Positions 11,976 through 24,600 of a DNA stretch of 64,000 nucleotides are shown in pieces. The stretch is taken from contig NMRA01000013.1 of the NCBI GenBank assembly GCA_002633005.1, positions 1,722,403 to 1,786,402 on the forward strand, read 5' to 3'. Under the pieces are notes generated by a model. That model did not search any database. It was not told where the DNA came from and saw only the letters and a program-made list of their open reading frames with translations. Positions within the stretch are counted from its first letter, which is position 1, and each line of letters starts with the position of its first letter. Made by a program: the position numbers and the translations under genes. The stretch comes from Phoronis australis. Its lineage: Eukaryota; Animalia; Phoronida.

Positions 11976-12232
11976 TTATTCAGCGGATTTGGACCCGGCG
12001 GGTCTGATAATCATACTGGTTTTCTTCAGCATGTGGTTGAAGCGTATGTAAAAGTGCCCTTTGACACCTGCTTCATCATTGTGGCTACCGTACTGTCCTT
12101 TTAGGTTAACGTACCCACAGCTTTTGTACCACCAGCCGCCTTTACCGCTGACAGCACAGCTGGAAGTACTGTTGTCGTTATCTCTGTCCTTAGTGCTGAA
12201 GGGTTGTCCGTTGTTAAAGTCAAAGGTATCAG
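11976..12232 (-). CDS. Duplicated terminal FBG exon (exon 6b): candidate alternative last exon of FReD gene B
   Basis: TTTCAG acceptor at 12233-12238, same phase as exon 6a. Open frame [59 protein letters not shown]; AATAAA at 11932-11927. No upstream FBG exons were seen between 12232 and 18667. Confidence 0.8.
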
Positions 12233-13096
12233 CTGAAACATTGAAGATATAGTTGTAACACATGCAGCTACCGCTACATCCGGCGGGTATTCTCATTTTG
12301 AGATGGTAGTTTGAGGAGACGGTGGTTTTCTTCAGTTGGCTCAATCGTCATAGGAAAATGACTAAAAAAGGCAGACACCTGACTGTGCATATTGGTAATC
12401 ACTTCCGTTCACTTGAGCTCTGCCATCTTGCACAGCTCATGCATTCTCGAATCTGAGTTCATGATATATTATTTTGAACAGTCCCTTAACTCGTGTGAAA
12501 TCGTTTGCATGTACTCGCAGGGCACACCAGTGTATGACTCAATTTTGAAAGTCATGTGATTCCATCATGGAAGATCAGTTTTTAGTGATATTGACCATGA
12601 GGTGCCTCTTCTTCAAAATGAAGTTGTGGAGTTCGCGAGACAAGCATTTTGCTTGTTCGTAAGATTTCAAATATTCAGCAATAATTTTATAATATTCATT
12701 GTCATTTTTTTTCTCGGTAATGTCAACAGTGGGCCGTGAAACGTTGTTCTCAAATAGGTGGAGGAAAATTTTTTCGAATCGGATCATACTATGCTGAATG
12801 TATGAGTTAGAGCTTTGTGACTGAGCAGGGGCGCGTTCCGCAAGAAAAGCGAGACCACGCAATTAGTCGCGAGATATCACCAGTACCCATCTACCGCAGT
12901 CGGTTCACTCGCGAGTGTCGAACGCCTATATAATTAGGTTCTCAGGACTCACACTCTCTTACGTCTCCAATTGTAAACAACAGTTTAAATTCTTAGCATT
13001 ATTGAAAATGTATAGTTCATTTTCATACAACACGCACCTGCCCATGAGGCCAAAGGCATAGTTGGTTCTGGTCTGCGTTTCGAGTGAGTGGTGTAG

Positions 13097-13176
13097 CCTC
13101 GTCCCCAATCCTCAAGATGGCGCTGATCTGTTTAGCTAAATCGTTCAGGGCCATATTCAGACTTGGGGACGAGCTG
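13097..13176. mobile_element. Very short MITE (TAGCCTCGTCCCCAA...TTGGGGACGAGCT)
   Basis: Inverted termini; absent from the paralogous intron at ~19160-19190. Confidence 0.55.
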
Positions 13177-14113
13177 GTCAGCGGCGCAGTATTTTTTCAG
13201 TTGCTCATTTTTTGGAAAAAGAAACCCAACCCAAGACGAACAAAATGATGCACTTGACATCGCTAAATGTCAAATAGCAAACCATGGCGTTTCAAGTCTT
13301 GCTTGCATTTGATTTCGCGTATTTCTGCAGTTTTTTTAACTGAAAACACGAGACCTTGGTTGAAACTGATGCCGGAGGGAGCTTTGTTTTAGTCGGTGAG
13401 CGAAGGTATCAGAATGAGTCGATGTGGAGACCAGAGGCAACTATGCTCTTTTGGCCAAAATTAAGGACACGGTCCCTATTTATTTTCAGTCGTGCTCAGA
13501 TCATTACACAAAATGTCATAAATAACAGGAACTCACAATGAAGAAAAACACGTAACGTTAGTGAATAAATAAAATCTTCAAATATTCTGAAGTTTTAGGG
13601 ATGATGAATGATTCGTAACTGGAGCTGTTTGATGCAACCGGGCACAGAATCCTTGCCTGTCAGCTGGATGGTGTTGCCCATGAATTGCGCATGTAAACTG
13701 GCATAAAGACACTATTCACTTCGGGTTTTAGGAGCGTAATCGTTTATGTCTAATGTGAGATCAGACTGTAGGTCATGGAATCTCTGAAAAAGTTGTACGG
13801 CCGTAAGATCACGCTCCACGCTCGTAAAACAACGAGCGTAACACGACGAGCGTCAAGGTTGTAGAGGTTCTTTTGTATGTGAGTTTAGCCGAATATCTAC
13901 AAAACTACGAAGTTCAATTCAATGAAAGCATACATTCTCCGCTGAAAGACGAAAATTTGTTGTATTTGATTTGTGATTATATATCAAGCAACAACCAGTT
14001 GGGTCTAGTAAAATTTAGCAAAAAGAAAAGGCACATTCAGTTCACAGCTAAACAACGGCCTCAATAACATGATCAAATTTTGTTTGATATTATGTCTAAG
14101 ATAAATACACAAA

Positions 14114-14253
14114 ACGTTATTCCGAGAGTGGCGTACAAGAAGTAATATTATTACGCGTACTATATCGACCGAGACCTTGGGTCTCGGTCGATACGCGGAA
14201 TAATGTCGAGTGGGATATTACTTCACTTTTTGTACGCCACTCTCGGAATAACG
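14114..14253. repeat. Palindromic/foldback element
   Basis: Outer arms ACGTTATTCCGAGAGTGGCGTACAA / TTGTACGCCACTCTCGGAATAACGT; inner perfect hairpin TATCGACCGAGACC-TTG-GGTCTCGGTCGATA. Confidence 0.8.
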
Positions 14254-14687
14254 TCGAGTGGGATACTCATGTACGCCAATCGAGGTACGTTTTGTATTTA
14301 TCCCATACGCTTCGAATTCCTAGGTTTCTTTCATTTTTCCTCATATTTTTTAGATACTTCACTCAGAATGTTCACGTGGCGGATTACATCCTATATGTAT
14401 GTACTTGCGCGTTAGCCTGGCTGCAAGTTTTCTCTAGTAAAAAAACAGTTTTAAATATGACGATTTATTACTTGAAAAGAGATAACAAAGATCAAAACAA
14501 GGGTAACTTTTCATTGAACTTGTAATATCTGCTGAAAATAGTTAACTACAAAACATAAGAGTCAAACATATGTTGTATATCCAAGCCACACAAGTGCCAC
14601 AAGTCAATCTGTTCATCTCTGTATCGATAATATCAGTAAAACATCCAACAAAATAGCGCCCGTTTTATCAGCAAAACAGTTAACACT

Positions 14688-14833
14688 ATTTATATGCGCT
14701 AACTGCGAAGCGATACCGAAGCTAGTTTACAGTGAAACAACACGTGTAGATGAGATAAAAGGTCATATATATTATGACAAACTAAACTACTACAGATATC
14801 GGTAATTACAGTTATATAATATGTTGAACTGTA
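14688..14833 (-). repeat. ~145-bp repeat, near-identical inverted copy of 30554-30702
   Basis: Direct comparison shows only a few substitutions and one 3-nt indel; the ORF track shows the same peptide tail VITDICSSLVCHNIYDLLSHLHVLFHCKLASVSLRS on opposite strands. Confidence 0.92.
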
Positions 14834-15067
14834 AAGGTGGGTGACAATCTGCCACAGATGCAGCAGAAAGATGCATCCGCCCTTCTGGCATTTTTTTAAA
14901 TCCCAGACGTTCATGAGCGGTAATCTTTGAATCACCTCACGAATGGTGTTGCCGCACTCTTCTCGCTCCCCACAGGCACGCTCATCATCATTCTTTAACT
15001 TCACTGGCGTATTTGTTTTTTTTTCCTTTTGCTGTCACAATCTTGCAAGAAGATTCGGCACTCGCTT

Positions 15068-15377
15068 TCCAGGGGCGCATCCAGGATTTTGAGTTGGGGG
15101 GCAGGGCACAGGAATAGTCAGAATTTTGCCACATGCGCGCGCCCAGCCTAAAATGTAGGGATGCAGGGGCCTCGAATTTTTGGGTTTGTGGACCTTATTA
15201 CTAAAAAAGGGTACACGGGGTTTGTTCAAGGCCTATGAATTGTGCATTAACCCCTCGAGCCCACTTGGGTGCGCGCATATGCTAGTCGGCAATTCGCACC
15301 CCGGACTGCCAAATGGTATCTGGGAGAATTTTAGGGTGCATGTCCTTCTTGACACCCCCCTCCTAAATCCGCCACTG
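15068..15377. mobile_element. Nested GC-rich MITE fragments (CAGGGGCGCATCCAGG / CCTAAATCCGCCACTG and CATGCGCGCGCCCAG / GGGTGCGCGCATATG termini)
   Basis: Termini resemble hAT-type MITEs and the elements at 22572-23591 and 34233-34498. Confidence 0.55.
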
Positions 15378-16935
15378 CTTTCATCTGCATCAACAATTTG
15401 TTTACTCCTGGCTTACACGCCACATGGAACAATTGCTGGGTGAGTCTTAGTTTAGAACCCCGTGTTCCACTTGGTTTCGTCTAAAAGTATGTCTGTATCA
15501 AAACCTTGGTATAGAGTACGCCCTGATTAATCTGTTCGTTGAAGCTCGCCTCATAATAATAACAGTGAACATGTTTCCTGAAATGAAAATAAATTCATTT
15601 GTGAAAATATCTATAATTAAAATAAGGCTTGATGTACATGTAGTCGCTCATTTTAATTTAATGGTAATGCTATGATATTGTTTAGTTTGGAAACGAAAGT
15701 AACAGTAATGACTCAAAATGTGATCAATTCATTGCACCACACTTATTTTGTAACCCTTTTCACGTTTTATAAGTAAAAAGTTCATAACTGTTGGGCACAC
15801 CACGATGCGTTCTCGATCGCATAAACAAAACAAAAATTTGCGTTTCCGATTGCTTATTTTTGCGTTCTCGATGGCATCTTTCAACAGAAAAGTGTCGAAA
15901 AATCAGAGACCCTGACAAAACTACAAAAAACAAGCGTTGTGTTATATTTTCACAAGTCACTTCTTCATATCTTCATGGTCAATTTATTGATTTAGTGCCA
16001 CAAATAACCGCAATTTGCCAAAATGACATACGAATCCCTTTGACTCAAGCGATGCCTCGTTCAAAGTAACTTATCTCCAATAATTGGAACAGACACCAGC
16101 CCAAACCTCTACCTGCCCTTCCTCAATGTGTTACGCCTTGAACTCATGTCTGTTTTCACATTGGAAGTAAAAACAACGTAAATTCATCAAATTTACTCCC
16201 TTTGCCTGGCTTCGCTTCTCTCAACCGGTTTCGTTCTCGATCGCTTTCCGGTCGTTCTCGATCGCGGGTTGGCCGGGCTGTTTAAGCTGTTTTAAAGCTA
16301 CTTCACTAACTGAACCTTTTTGAACCAAAATGGGCTATTTTGGGCCAAAATATTCATGATGCTCTAACTTTAAAAATAACTGCCAAAAAATTTCAAATCA
16401 ACATTTTGAAAATATCCCACCAGTACACACAATTTTTTTCGAGATCCGAGTCGGTTACCCTAGAGTCGACATTTTGGTGCTTTCGTGGAATGACAGTTAA
16501 AGCTGCTATAAGCCCGTTTCGTGTAACCAACTCTTGATATCGCTCTCCATTATTATACTAGTCGCAGTCTGTTCGTCAGTCGAATTAGAAACGATTTCTT
16601 GGGAAGCACCGAAAGCTCATTAACACGCTGAGAGCTGGCTCAACAACTTGGGCTGATCTAGCCAGTAATTAATTACATGCACCCAGCATGCTTGGTCTTC
16701 CTGACCCTTCAGTTTTCCCAAGAAGTTCTTTCCTGTTTAAGTTAGAAACACGTTGAGACGATTTTAATATAGGTAGCCGACCTAAATCAAAAGTATTTTT
16801 TCAGAAGGTGGGTTTTTATTCTCTTTAAGTGGATCTCGTGTTATGTAGTATCCTTCAAACAAAATCTGAATAACATCCACAGAAACATGAAATCGGAAAT
16901 GGAAAGTGCGACCACCATATAGATGAAAACATTAA

Positions 16936-18264
16936 AGGCGAAGGCTACCCTTTTTCATGTCACTTTTAGAAAAAAATAAGGTTCGTTGATTATCCCAGAC
17001 ACATTTTTCACTTAATTACAGCTTTTCGTAATTTGATTAATTTATCGTCCTCTACTCCGGAAGTGACGTTTTGGGAGGCAAGAGTTTCGCGCCAATTTCT
17101 TTTCATACAGTCTGACTGTGAGAACTGTCGAGTCAGTCATTGTTCTACCTCGTTTGTGATAAGTTCGGTCGTCGTTTGCTTTTGTTTACAAGTCAGTCAA
17201 CATGCCACGCTGTTGCTGCGTGCCGGGATGTACTCATTATCGTCTCACACGCGCTTTGGGTACCTTGCGTCGCTTTCCGAAGGATGACACACTTCGCCGT
17301 ACTTGGCTAGCTCTTTCATGTGAAGAACGCAGCGCTACCCGTCCAAGCAACGTACAAAGCAATGGAGGGTTACCGAGTGTGGCAAGCATTTTCTGCCGTC
17401 AGATTATGACAGATATGTACGCTGAATTGATGAAGGTCCCAGCGAAACAACGCCTGAAGAAGGGTACCATACCGTCGCTGTTGATTCTCGGCAGTGCCCC
17501 GTCGCCAACCCCGAGAAGTGCGTTTTTGAAGCGAGAAGCCTCGCGAGCTGTGGCCACTATATACAGTGATTGGAGGCACTTCATCTACTGTTACCCGTGC
17601 CTCCGAACGTACCCCCATTGCGTGCAATTCCGGGAACTAGCAGTGATTCGTCCTGTGCTGTTGTCTCTAGCCCAGAGCCTGTAAGCAACCCTGCAGCGAT
17701 GTTGAGTAGTGGGAGAGAATACAGGCACAGTTCGACACCCAGTGAAGAGGACAGTTCGTCATCCAATGAACAGATCGGTGAGCCTAAGTTTGATAAGTTT
17801 ATTGTGGACTTGTATTGGAGCTATTTGGAAGGTGCCAGGTTTGTGGCACGGGAGTCACACGGCGGGATGTAAGCAGTTTGGGTGCTCAGATCACCCTCCA
17901 GTGGGAGTGTGTCGCGGGACACTCGGGCAAGTGGGACAGTTCTTCCTCTGTACGTGAGACGATAATGAGTACACCCTAGTACGCAGCAACAGCGTGGCAT
18001 GTTGACTGACTCGTAAGCAAAAGCAAACGACGACCGAACTTATCACAACCGAGGTAAAACAATGACTGACTCGACTGCTCTCACAGTCAGACTATATGAA
18101 AAGAAATTGGCGCGAAATTCTTGCCTCCCAAAACGTCACATCCGCAGTAGACGACGAGTAATTAATTAAATTACGAAAAGCAGTAAATAAGTGAAAAATA
18201 TGTCTGGGATAATCAATGAACCTTATTTTTGCTAAAAATAACGTGAAAAAGGTTACCTTCGCCT
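16936..18264 (+). mobile_element. Non-autonomous Kolobok-type DNA transposon with degenerate THAP domain
   Basis: TTAA TSD (16932-16935, 18265-18268); AGGCGAAGG...CCTTCGCCT termini; ~310-bp TIRs. ORF from 17202 MPRCCCVPGC..RRFPKDDTLRRTW..[frameshift]GKHFLPSDY..RLKKGTIPSL (THAP C2CH + AVP box), later GAQITLQWECVAGHSGKWDSS. The paralogous empty site AAACATTTACTTCTGAC is at ~11566-11581. Confidence 0.88.
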
Positions 18265-18666
18265 TTAACTTCTGACATTTCACAATGAGATGGATTCCGC
18301 AAGACTTCATAGACTCTCAACTTGTGATCTTCGAACGGTTTAAAATGACTTTTTGTTTAAGTGGTAGGCTAATTAAGTCGTCCTCCGACACAAAACTCAA
18401 CTTTTGATTCAGACAATATTGCCTGTCTGAAATTAGTTTAAAATTGTTTCTCAGTCACATAGAGGTGTTTTGTGGGCATAGGAAGAACTAAAAGTGAATG
18501 ATCTAAATCACTAAAGTTAGTTTCTTTGACGGACCACGAGTTTATTGCCGGTTGCTGTCTCCAAACAAAGAACGATAAGGGATAAACCACCACGTGCATT
18601 GTCTGGTGCTCCTGTTATTTATTTCAGTACTTCCAATTCTTACAGGAAACTGACAGTGACATTAAT

Positions 18667-21600
18667 TTAGTTACTGGATTTGAACCCGGCGGGTCTGATC
18701 ATCATGCTGGCTTTCTTCATCGAGTAGCTGTTGTTGCCCTTCATATGGTACCAGACGACACCTTGGTATTTTTTGGTGCTAGCGTACTGTCCGTTCAGGT
18801 TAGAGTAGCTACAGCTTTTGTACCACCAGGCGCCTTTCCTGTCGACGGCACAGTTAACAGAGCTCCAGCTGTCGTTATCGTTGTCCTTAGTACTGAAGGG
18901 TCGACCGTTGTGATATGAAAGGGAATCACCTGAAACATTGGAGATATAATTGTTAGTAACAGACGTAACTTCTGTTACGTGTGGCAGAATTTTGTGTTTT
19001 TTTACAAACACTGAAAGCACTTTCTTCTGAAATTTTATCATCAAGCTTCAACTTTAAGAAATACCGAGAGTAAACTATAGTTTGAATTCTTAGCATTATT
19101 GAAAATAAATATGATGTTTTCATGCCATGAGGCCGGAAAGCATGCTTGGTTCTGGTCTGTCTTTTGGATTTAAGATCGAGTCGGTGGTGCTGTATTTTTT
19201 CAGTTGCTCATTTTCTCAAAAAAATCCCTCCCGAGAAGAAAGAATAATGCGCTTGACATAGCTTAGCGAATCATGGCATTTCAAACTTTGCTTACCTCTG
19301 ATTTCACACCTTTGTGCAACTTTTCAAAAGTAAACATGAGACCTTGGCTTAAGCTCATACGTTTGAGAGGTTTTCTTTTAGTCAATGAACAAATGTATCA
19401 GAATGAGTCGAGGTGCAAACCAAAACCATCAACCTTTTTAGCCAAGTTCAGTGATATAAGGGCCAAGATTTCATTTATATTATAGAAAATAGATAAACTG
19501 TCGGAAAAAGCAGCGATAGTGAATAAACAAGTGAAAGTTTACAAGTGTACTAAAGTTTTAGGTATCATGGTTGCGTCCTTGTTGGAGCCAATTCATTCAT
19601 TAGCTGGATATTAATGAACAAGATAGGGTCGCAAAAATGCTGTTACTGTTTGCTGCATATTCATTTCGATTTGGTTTTATGCAACTTTTAAACTTTTCAT
19701 AAAAATCAAAAAATTCTATTTTTATAGCCTCTCATACAGGCTTAGAACGCTTTAAAGACAGCTGATAGTGGTGTTTTGGAGAACAGTTTATATAAAGCAT
19801 AGCATATGAAAGATTGATATAATAATTCAATCAGTCATTTCTAAGATACGATGTTCCGACCGTGGCCAAATTTTTCTAGAAAGGACAAGGGTCCTACAAA
19901 ACTTTATCAGATAACCCAATCTCATGTTCGGTGTCCCGTCAATTAGTTTTGTTGCACCTAAAGCCGGTAACGCAGGGATTTATTCATTGCTAGCTTCTCA
20001 AATCATTTGCACTCACCAGCACTCCAAAGGCATTACAAATTGCATCTAATGAGACAGACTTTGTTTCAGTTTTATATAAGTATTGGTTAGTCTGGGAATA
20101 ATTCATTTTGAAACAGAACGCTCAGTAATAAACGTCAACATGGCAAATCGCAATCTCGACTTAGACGAGAGCTCATCCCGACGAAGACTTCGCAGGTGGA
20201 TCGTTAAGTTTCACAGGCTATCAGTTCGAACCGGAATACAGTGAAATACTAGAGAGGCGCCGTGAACAAGCTCAGACAACGGAACGTATGGATAGTTATT
20301 TGGTAAGCCGGCATTCGTTAGGCACTGGCGACGACTGCAGGCCACAGACAAGGAGATGCTTCACGGCCTCATACTTGCTATTTTTCAGCGTACTTTTCAT
20401 TCTTCACTACTGCAAGCCACTTCCTAAGCATTTCAAACTCTCGAGGAAGTCGAAAAAACGATATACCCGTTTTCCTCGCAGCTGTATAGTTCGGACAAGC
20501 GGGAACGATGCACCGCAACATAGCGGCATTCACTCCGCTAATGAACCACTGACGTCGCTGCGTCGTTTCTCACCTTACTCACAGGTTAACGTGACGCCTC
20601 TCGGCAAGGTAAGGACGACCGTATGCGAGGCGATGTGGATGTACTTTAGATCGATTAAGACTGCAAAGAAGACTAATTAAATTGGGTGGCATTCTCCTTT
20701 AATTTTCAGATTTAGCGGAAGTGATGAAAAGCGCCTTGCCGCTAGATGGCGATAGGGTAGTATGTACACAACATTTTGTATTCTTGTATGGATACAATGT
20801 AATAGCAGTTATATTTTCCGTATTTTTTCGTAAATTCGTTACAACCATCATTCCGTCAAATTACCATTGTTATGCGGTGAGATAAATCATGCGATTCACT
20901 AGGAAAAGTCGTGTTACGTTCTAACATCTCAAAATGAATGGAAGATATCGCGTTTCGCTCCTGTCAATTTGGCCCTGTTTGTACCCCACGCCATTGGGTC
21001 AAACCAAAGATGCCTTTGTTCTCTCAAAATGGTAATTGATGTGGAATCTTTTTAGAGTCGAGGCTGTTGTGACCAACGACGTAGAAATGCTAAGTCAAGA
21101 CACAAAATTCCATCAATATAAGTGTCACCCACCTGCTCATACATGTAAAAATACATGTCTGGACTCAGGCACCAATGTGCAAAACGCTAGTAAGGAAAAT
21201 ATTCTTGAAAATGCATCAGTAGCAGATAAAACTAATTGCGCAAGTATATGAGAGGATTAAGTCGACAATTAATAAGTCGACTGTCGATGATTTTGTGAAT
21301 GTGACTCATGTGACATTTTACAATAAAACTAGCAATTTTTCGAAAATAACAGGTGCAGCATAGAATTTATTAAGTGAAACGAACAGGTTTTAAAACAATG
21401 TGCATACCATCGGAGTTACAATTTGACCTTTTGGTATAATTGCATATATCTTTATTCTGCTTATTTGTTTAACTTTGAATCATGCCACTAACTGGGCATG
21501 ACCGGGCCAAGACGTTTATTTACCTGCATTTCCGGAGTAGGAGCCAATGGATAGGTTGTACTTGTTACTCTCAGAGCCTATAGAGAAGCTCTTGTAGACA

Positions 21601-24600
21601 GCGTACCTTTTGTTCTTACTGTAGTCCTCCAAATCAACGCGTAGTTTGTAGGAGCCTTGGCGTGTAAGTCGATAGATGTTATCGTTGCCTGCATTGTTAA
21701 TTGAAAATTTATTGAAAGTATCAACCAATAGAACTCACATGACTATTTTTGTTACACCCGATGTTCTATTCTAAGTGTGTGCGCCCTCACGTTCAAAATT
21801 CGAACTACACGAGAAATGGATACCAAAGACTCTTCCAGAGGATGACCACTTGGAACGAGAAAAATTTTCCGGCCGTGTCCCACCCCAGCCCATGAGATGA
21901 TACCAGGGAGGACATGCCGCCATATCCAACTAACAAGGCAAAATATTCAAACGAAGGAGTGGCGCGTCCCTACCGATCACACCAATGAGAGTATCCTCGG
22001 GTATAAAAGTCCTATATGTACTAAAATAAAACTTTCAAGCAAGGAGTGTTTTAAACGTATCTTAGTGATTACGTATAAACATACCAATAATATACACACA
22101 TACCCAACCAGAATTCCCCATACAATTTTCCAAAGCCGACCTTATAGTAAGACCAATCTCGATAGAAGTCTACAGATCCGTCTTTGCGCCTTTGGAATAC
22201 CTGTTAAAAGGGTCAAAGATTACGAATAACATTCATTTCTTACACGGAGCATTTGGGGGCATATTTATTTAGTTATAACTGAGTGGAAGTCTAAGACAAA
22301 AGAAATATGACGAGTCTTTGAAGGCTGAACAGTCGCACTTTTCATCTTTCATGAAGCAGACAACTGGTTTGAAAAGCAGTCCGCACAACGAGTTACCTTA
22401 GAATTTACAAGTTACTCCTGAAACAAGTTTACACTAGGTTTAGTTGTAGTGTAGACGCTATTGCACGGGCAATGTGCTCTGGAGCAAGTTGCTCTATTGT
22501 AACTCGTAGTGTGGACACGACTTAACACAGTGGCACTGCTTCGTTTATGCTCATCCTTTCACATAATGTTACATAGGCGGATTTAGGGGGGGGCCCAGGG
22601 GGCCCGGCCCCCCCCCCCTTGGCTGCCGCAAAAAATAAAACAGCACAAGAGCGTAGGGAAATGTTGAGTTTATTGATTAACCCCGGTAATTAAAGTTATA
22701 CGGATGAAACAAGATTTAAATGTCTGCAGTTTTAGTGTTTGGGGGGGGCTCAGATCCAATTTCAAGTGTCAAATTCGAAACACGGCGCATTCGTAAGGGA
22801 ACTAATCTATGGCTAAGTATAAGCTCTCGTGATATCCCAGGCGACCGGCAGTGGCGCTGCGCACTACGACTCCGTTTCCGTCGTCTGCTCCACTGTGCAA
22901 TGAAGAAAATTTATTTCATTTTTTAAAGAAAATGGAACCTGAGTGACGATCATGAAAAAACAGAAACTGCTGGCAAGATGTGAATTTTAATCGAAGCCTT
23001 GGTGAATAACTCAGTAACTCATAATTCTCTCATTGTCAAACCTTAACTTAAGACGATTTCCAAAGCAATCCCGTCATTATTGCCCACACGAAAAACGGAT
23101 TTGGTCTTTTGGGCATTAGAAGACTATTTTAAATACAACAAATTTGTTAAGAACCGATTGCACAAAATATAAAACGTGTAATAAGCATTACAAAAAGTAG
23201 GTTTCGCGCGCAAACGCTGTGGACCACAAACAAGTAGGTCTCTTACCACAAGATTAGTAGTTAAATCGTGGTGGTGTAGTGGTAAACCACGCGCGTTCTA
23301 TTCGTGAGGTCGTGTTCGAGTCTGTGGTGCGTGCGGTTTTTCCTGTTTGACACGTTCTCCGTTGTTTTTTTTTTGCCTTTTTTTTCTTGGATAATACTTC
23401 AGAAATCAAGGGAAATGCTTGATTTGTAGAGGAAAAAACAGAAAATTTTCCTAGGCGGGAGGGGGGTTTGCCCCCCTCCCGACCTCCCCCCATTCGGTGT
23501 TATACGCATCTACAATCGTGGTTTGTGCAAATGCTTACAGCCGGACATAATGTTGGCACCCCCCCCTTGTGATATCCTAGATCCGCCACTGTGTTAAGTG
23601 CCGTCCACACTACGAGTTACCCTAGAGCAGGTTACACTTGAAACGAGTTGTCACTAGGCTCAGTAGTAGCGTGGAAACCTAAGTGTTAAGCCCTGAAAGC
23701 ACCAGAAAGCATTATAACTGGTAACTTGCTCCATTTCATCGAGGTAGGGTAACAGTCTTCTAGGAAAGCTTGGCATAGCGCGAGCCGTGGTGTGGACGTA
23801 AACCTGTGGTGGCACTGAACAGTTAGCCTGCGGCTGTAGCCAATTTGCACTCCCAAAATATTAAAATCTAGGGTTAGGCCAGGCTTGGGGGCAATTTTTA
23901 GTTAGGTGTTGCACGTATATGGGCCAAGTGAATGTGTTTTCTTATGTATTTGTGAGCATGTTGAGAGTGAAAAAGACCACTTGCCCCGTTGTAGTTGCAC
24001 TTTTCTTCAAGATAGAGGCCCCCTGTTGCAGTTGTGCATTGCTGTGTAGCGACTGAGAAATTGGCATCGATTTCAGGTAACTCTCAAACAAGCCAGATTT
24101 GTAAAAAGGTAGTTGGTTGACAGTACTTTTGAACCACATTTTTGGAATCAGCAGGAACTCTTCTTTCGGAATCTTATGTTGGCTTTCGTCGAGCATCGGC
24201 AGGTAAGTGTTGGTTTTGGGGTGCAAGTGCCGATTTTGCAGTTTTTGCCTCTATTTTTCTTAGTCTAGCTTGGTTTTCAGCAGTTGTGAAAGGGACAAAA
24301 ATACAAGAGAGAATAAAGTTTCTGTGCTCGTCTGTAGGGCTTGTGATGTGGAATGACTCAAAACTGTTCATTCTTTGCCTGCAGTTTTTGACAGAGTGAA
24401 GAAAGGGTGACGAATCTTTTGACGTGTGTTCTGATCAGCAAATCCCTGTGAGAACTGTTTCGTGCCCCCTATGGACAAGGCGAAAGTAATTACCAGCTGG
24501 GCGCTTGTTCAGTGACACCAACAGGATGTCTGTCGCGTGGTTTAGGGTATGCAGTGTGGCACGTTGCTCTACGACAAGCTGTTCTAGGGTAACTAATAGT

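Larger units (their letters stand above)
11129..13610. repeat. Segmental duplicate of the gene B 3' end (distal intron 5, terminal exon, 3' flank); paralog of 16497-19570
   Basis: Colinear blocks: 11129-11575 with 16497-16935; 11575-12250 with 18269-18950; 12980-13610 with 19075-19570. Confidence 0.9.

Noticed and set aside
17202-17684. Functional host THAP gene
   Set aside because: It is frameshifted in the zinc-binding C..H motif and enclosed by TIRs and TTAA TSDs.
20250-20700. LTR retrotransposon primer-binding site (GGCGCCGTGAACAAG) and the 130-aa ORF
   Set aside because: No TGG start, no paired LTRs and no gag/pol motifs.
23268-23330. tRNA gene (also 26233-26295 and 32280-32330)
   Set aside because: A/B-box-like motifs are present, but there is no coherent cloverleaf or acceptor stem; better read as SINE-like heads inside repeats.
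23942-24399. Possible transposon-derived protein fragment ([21 protein letters not shown])
   Set aside because: Too short and broken to assign by eye; it needs a translated homology search.
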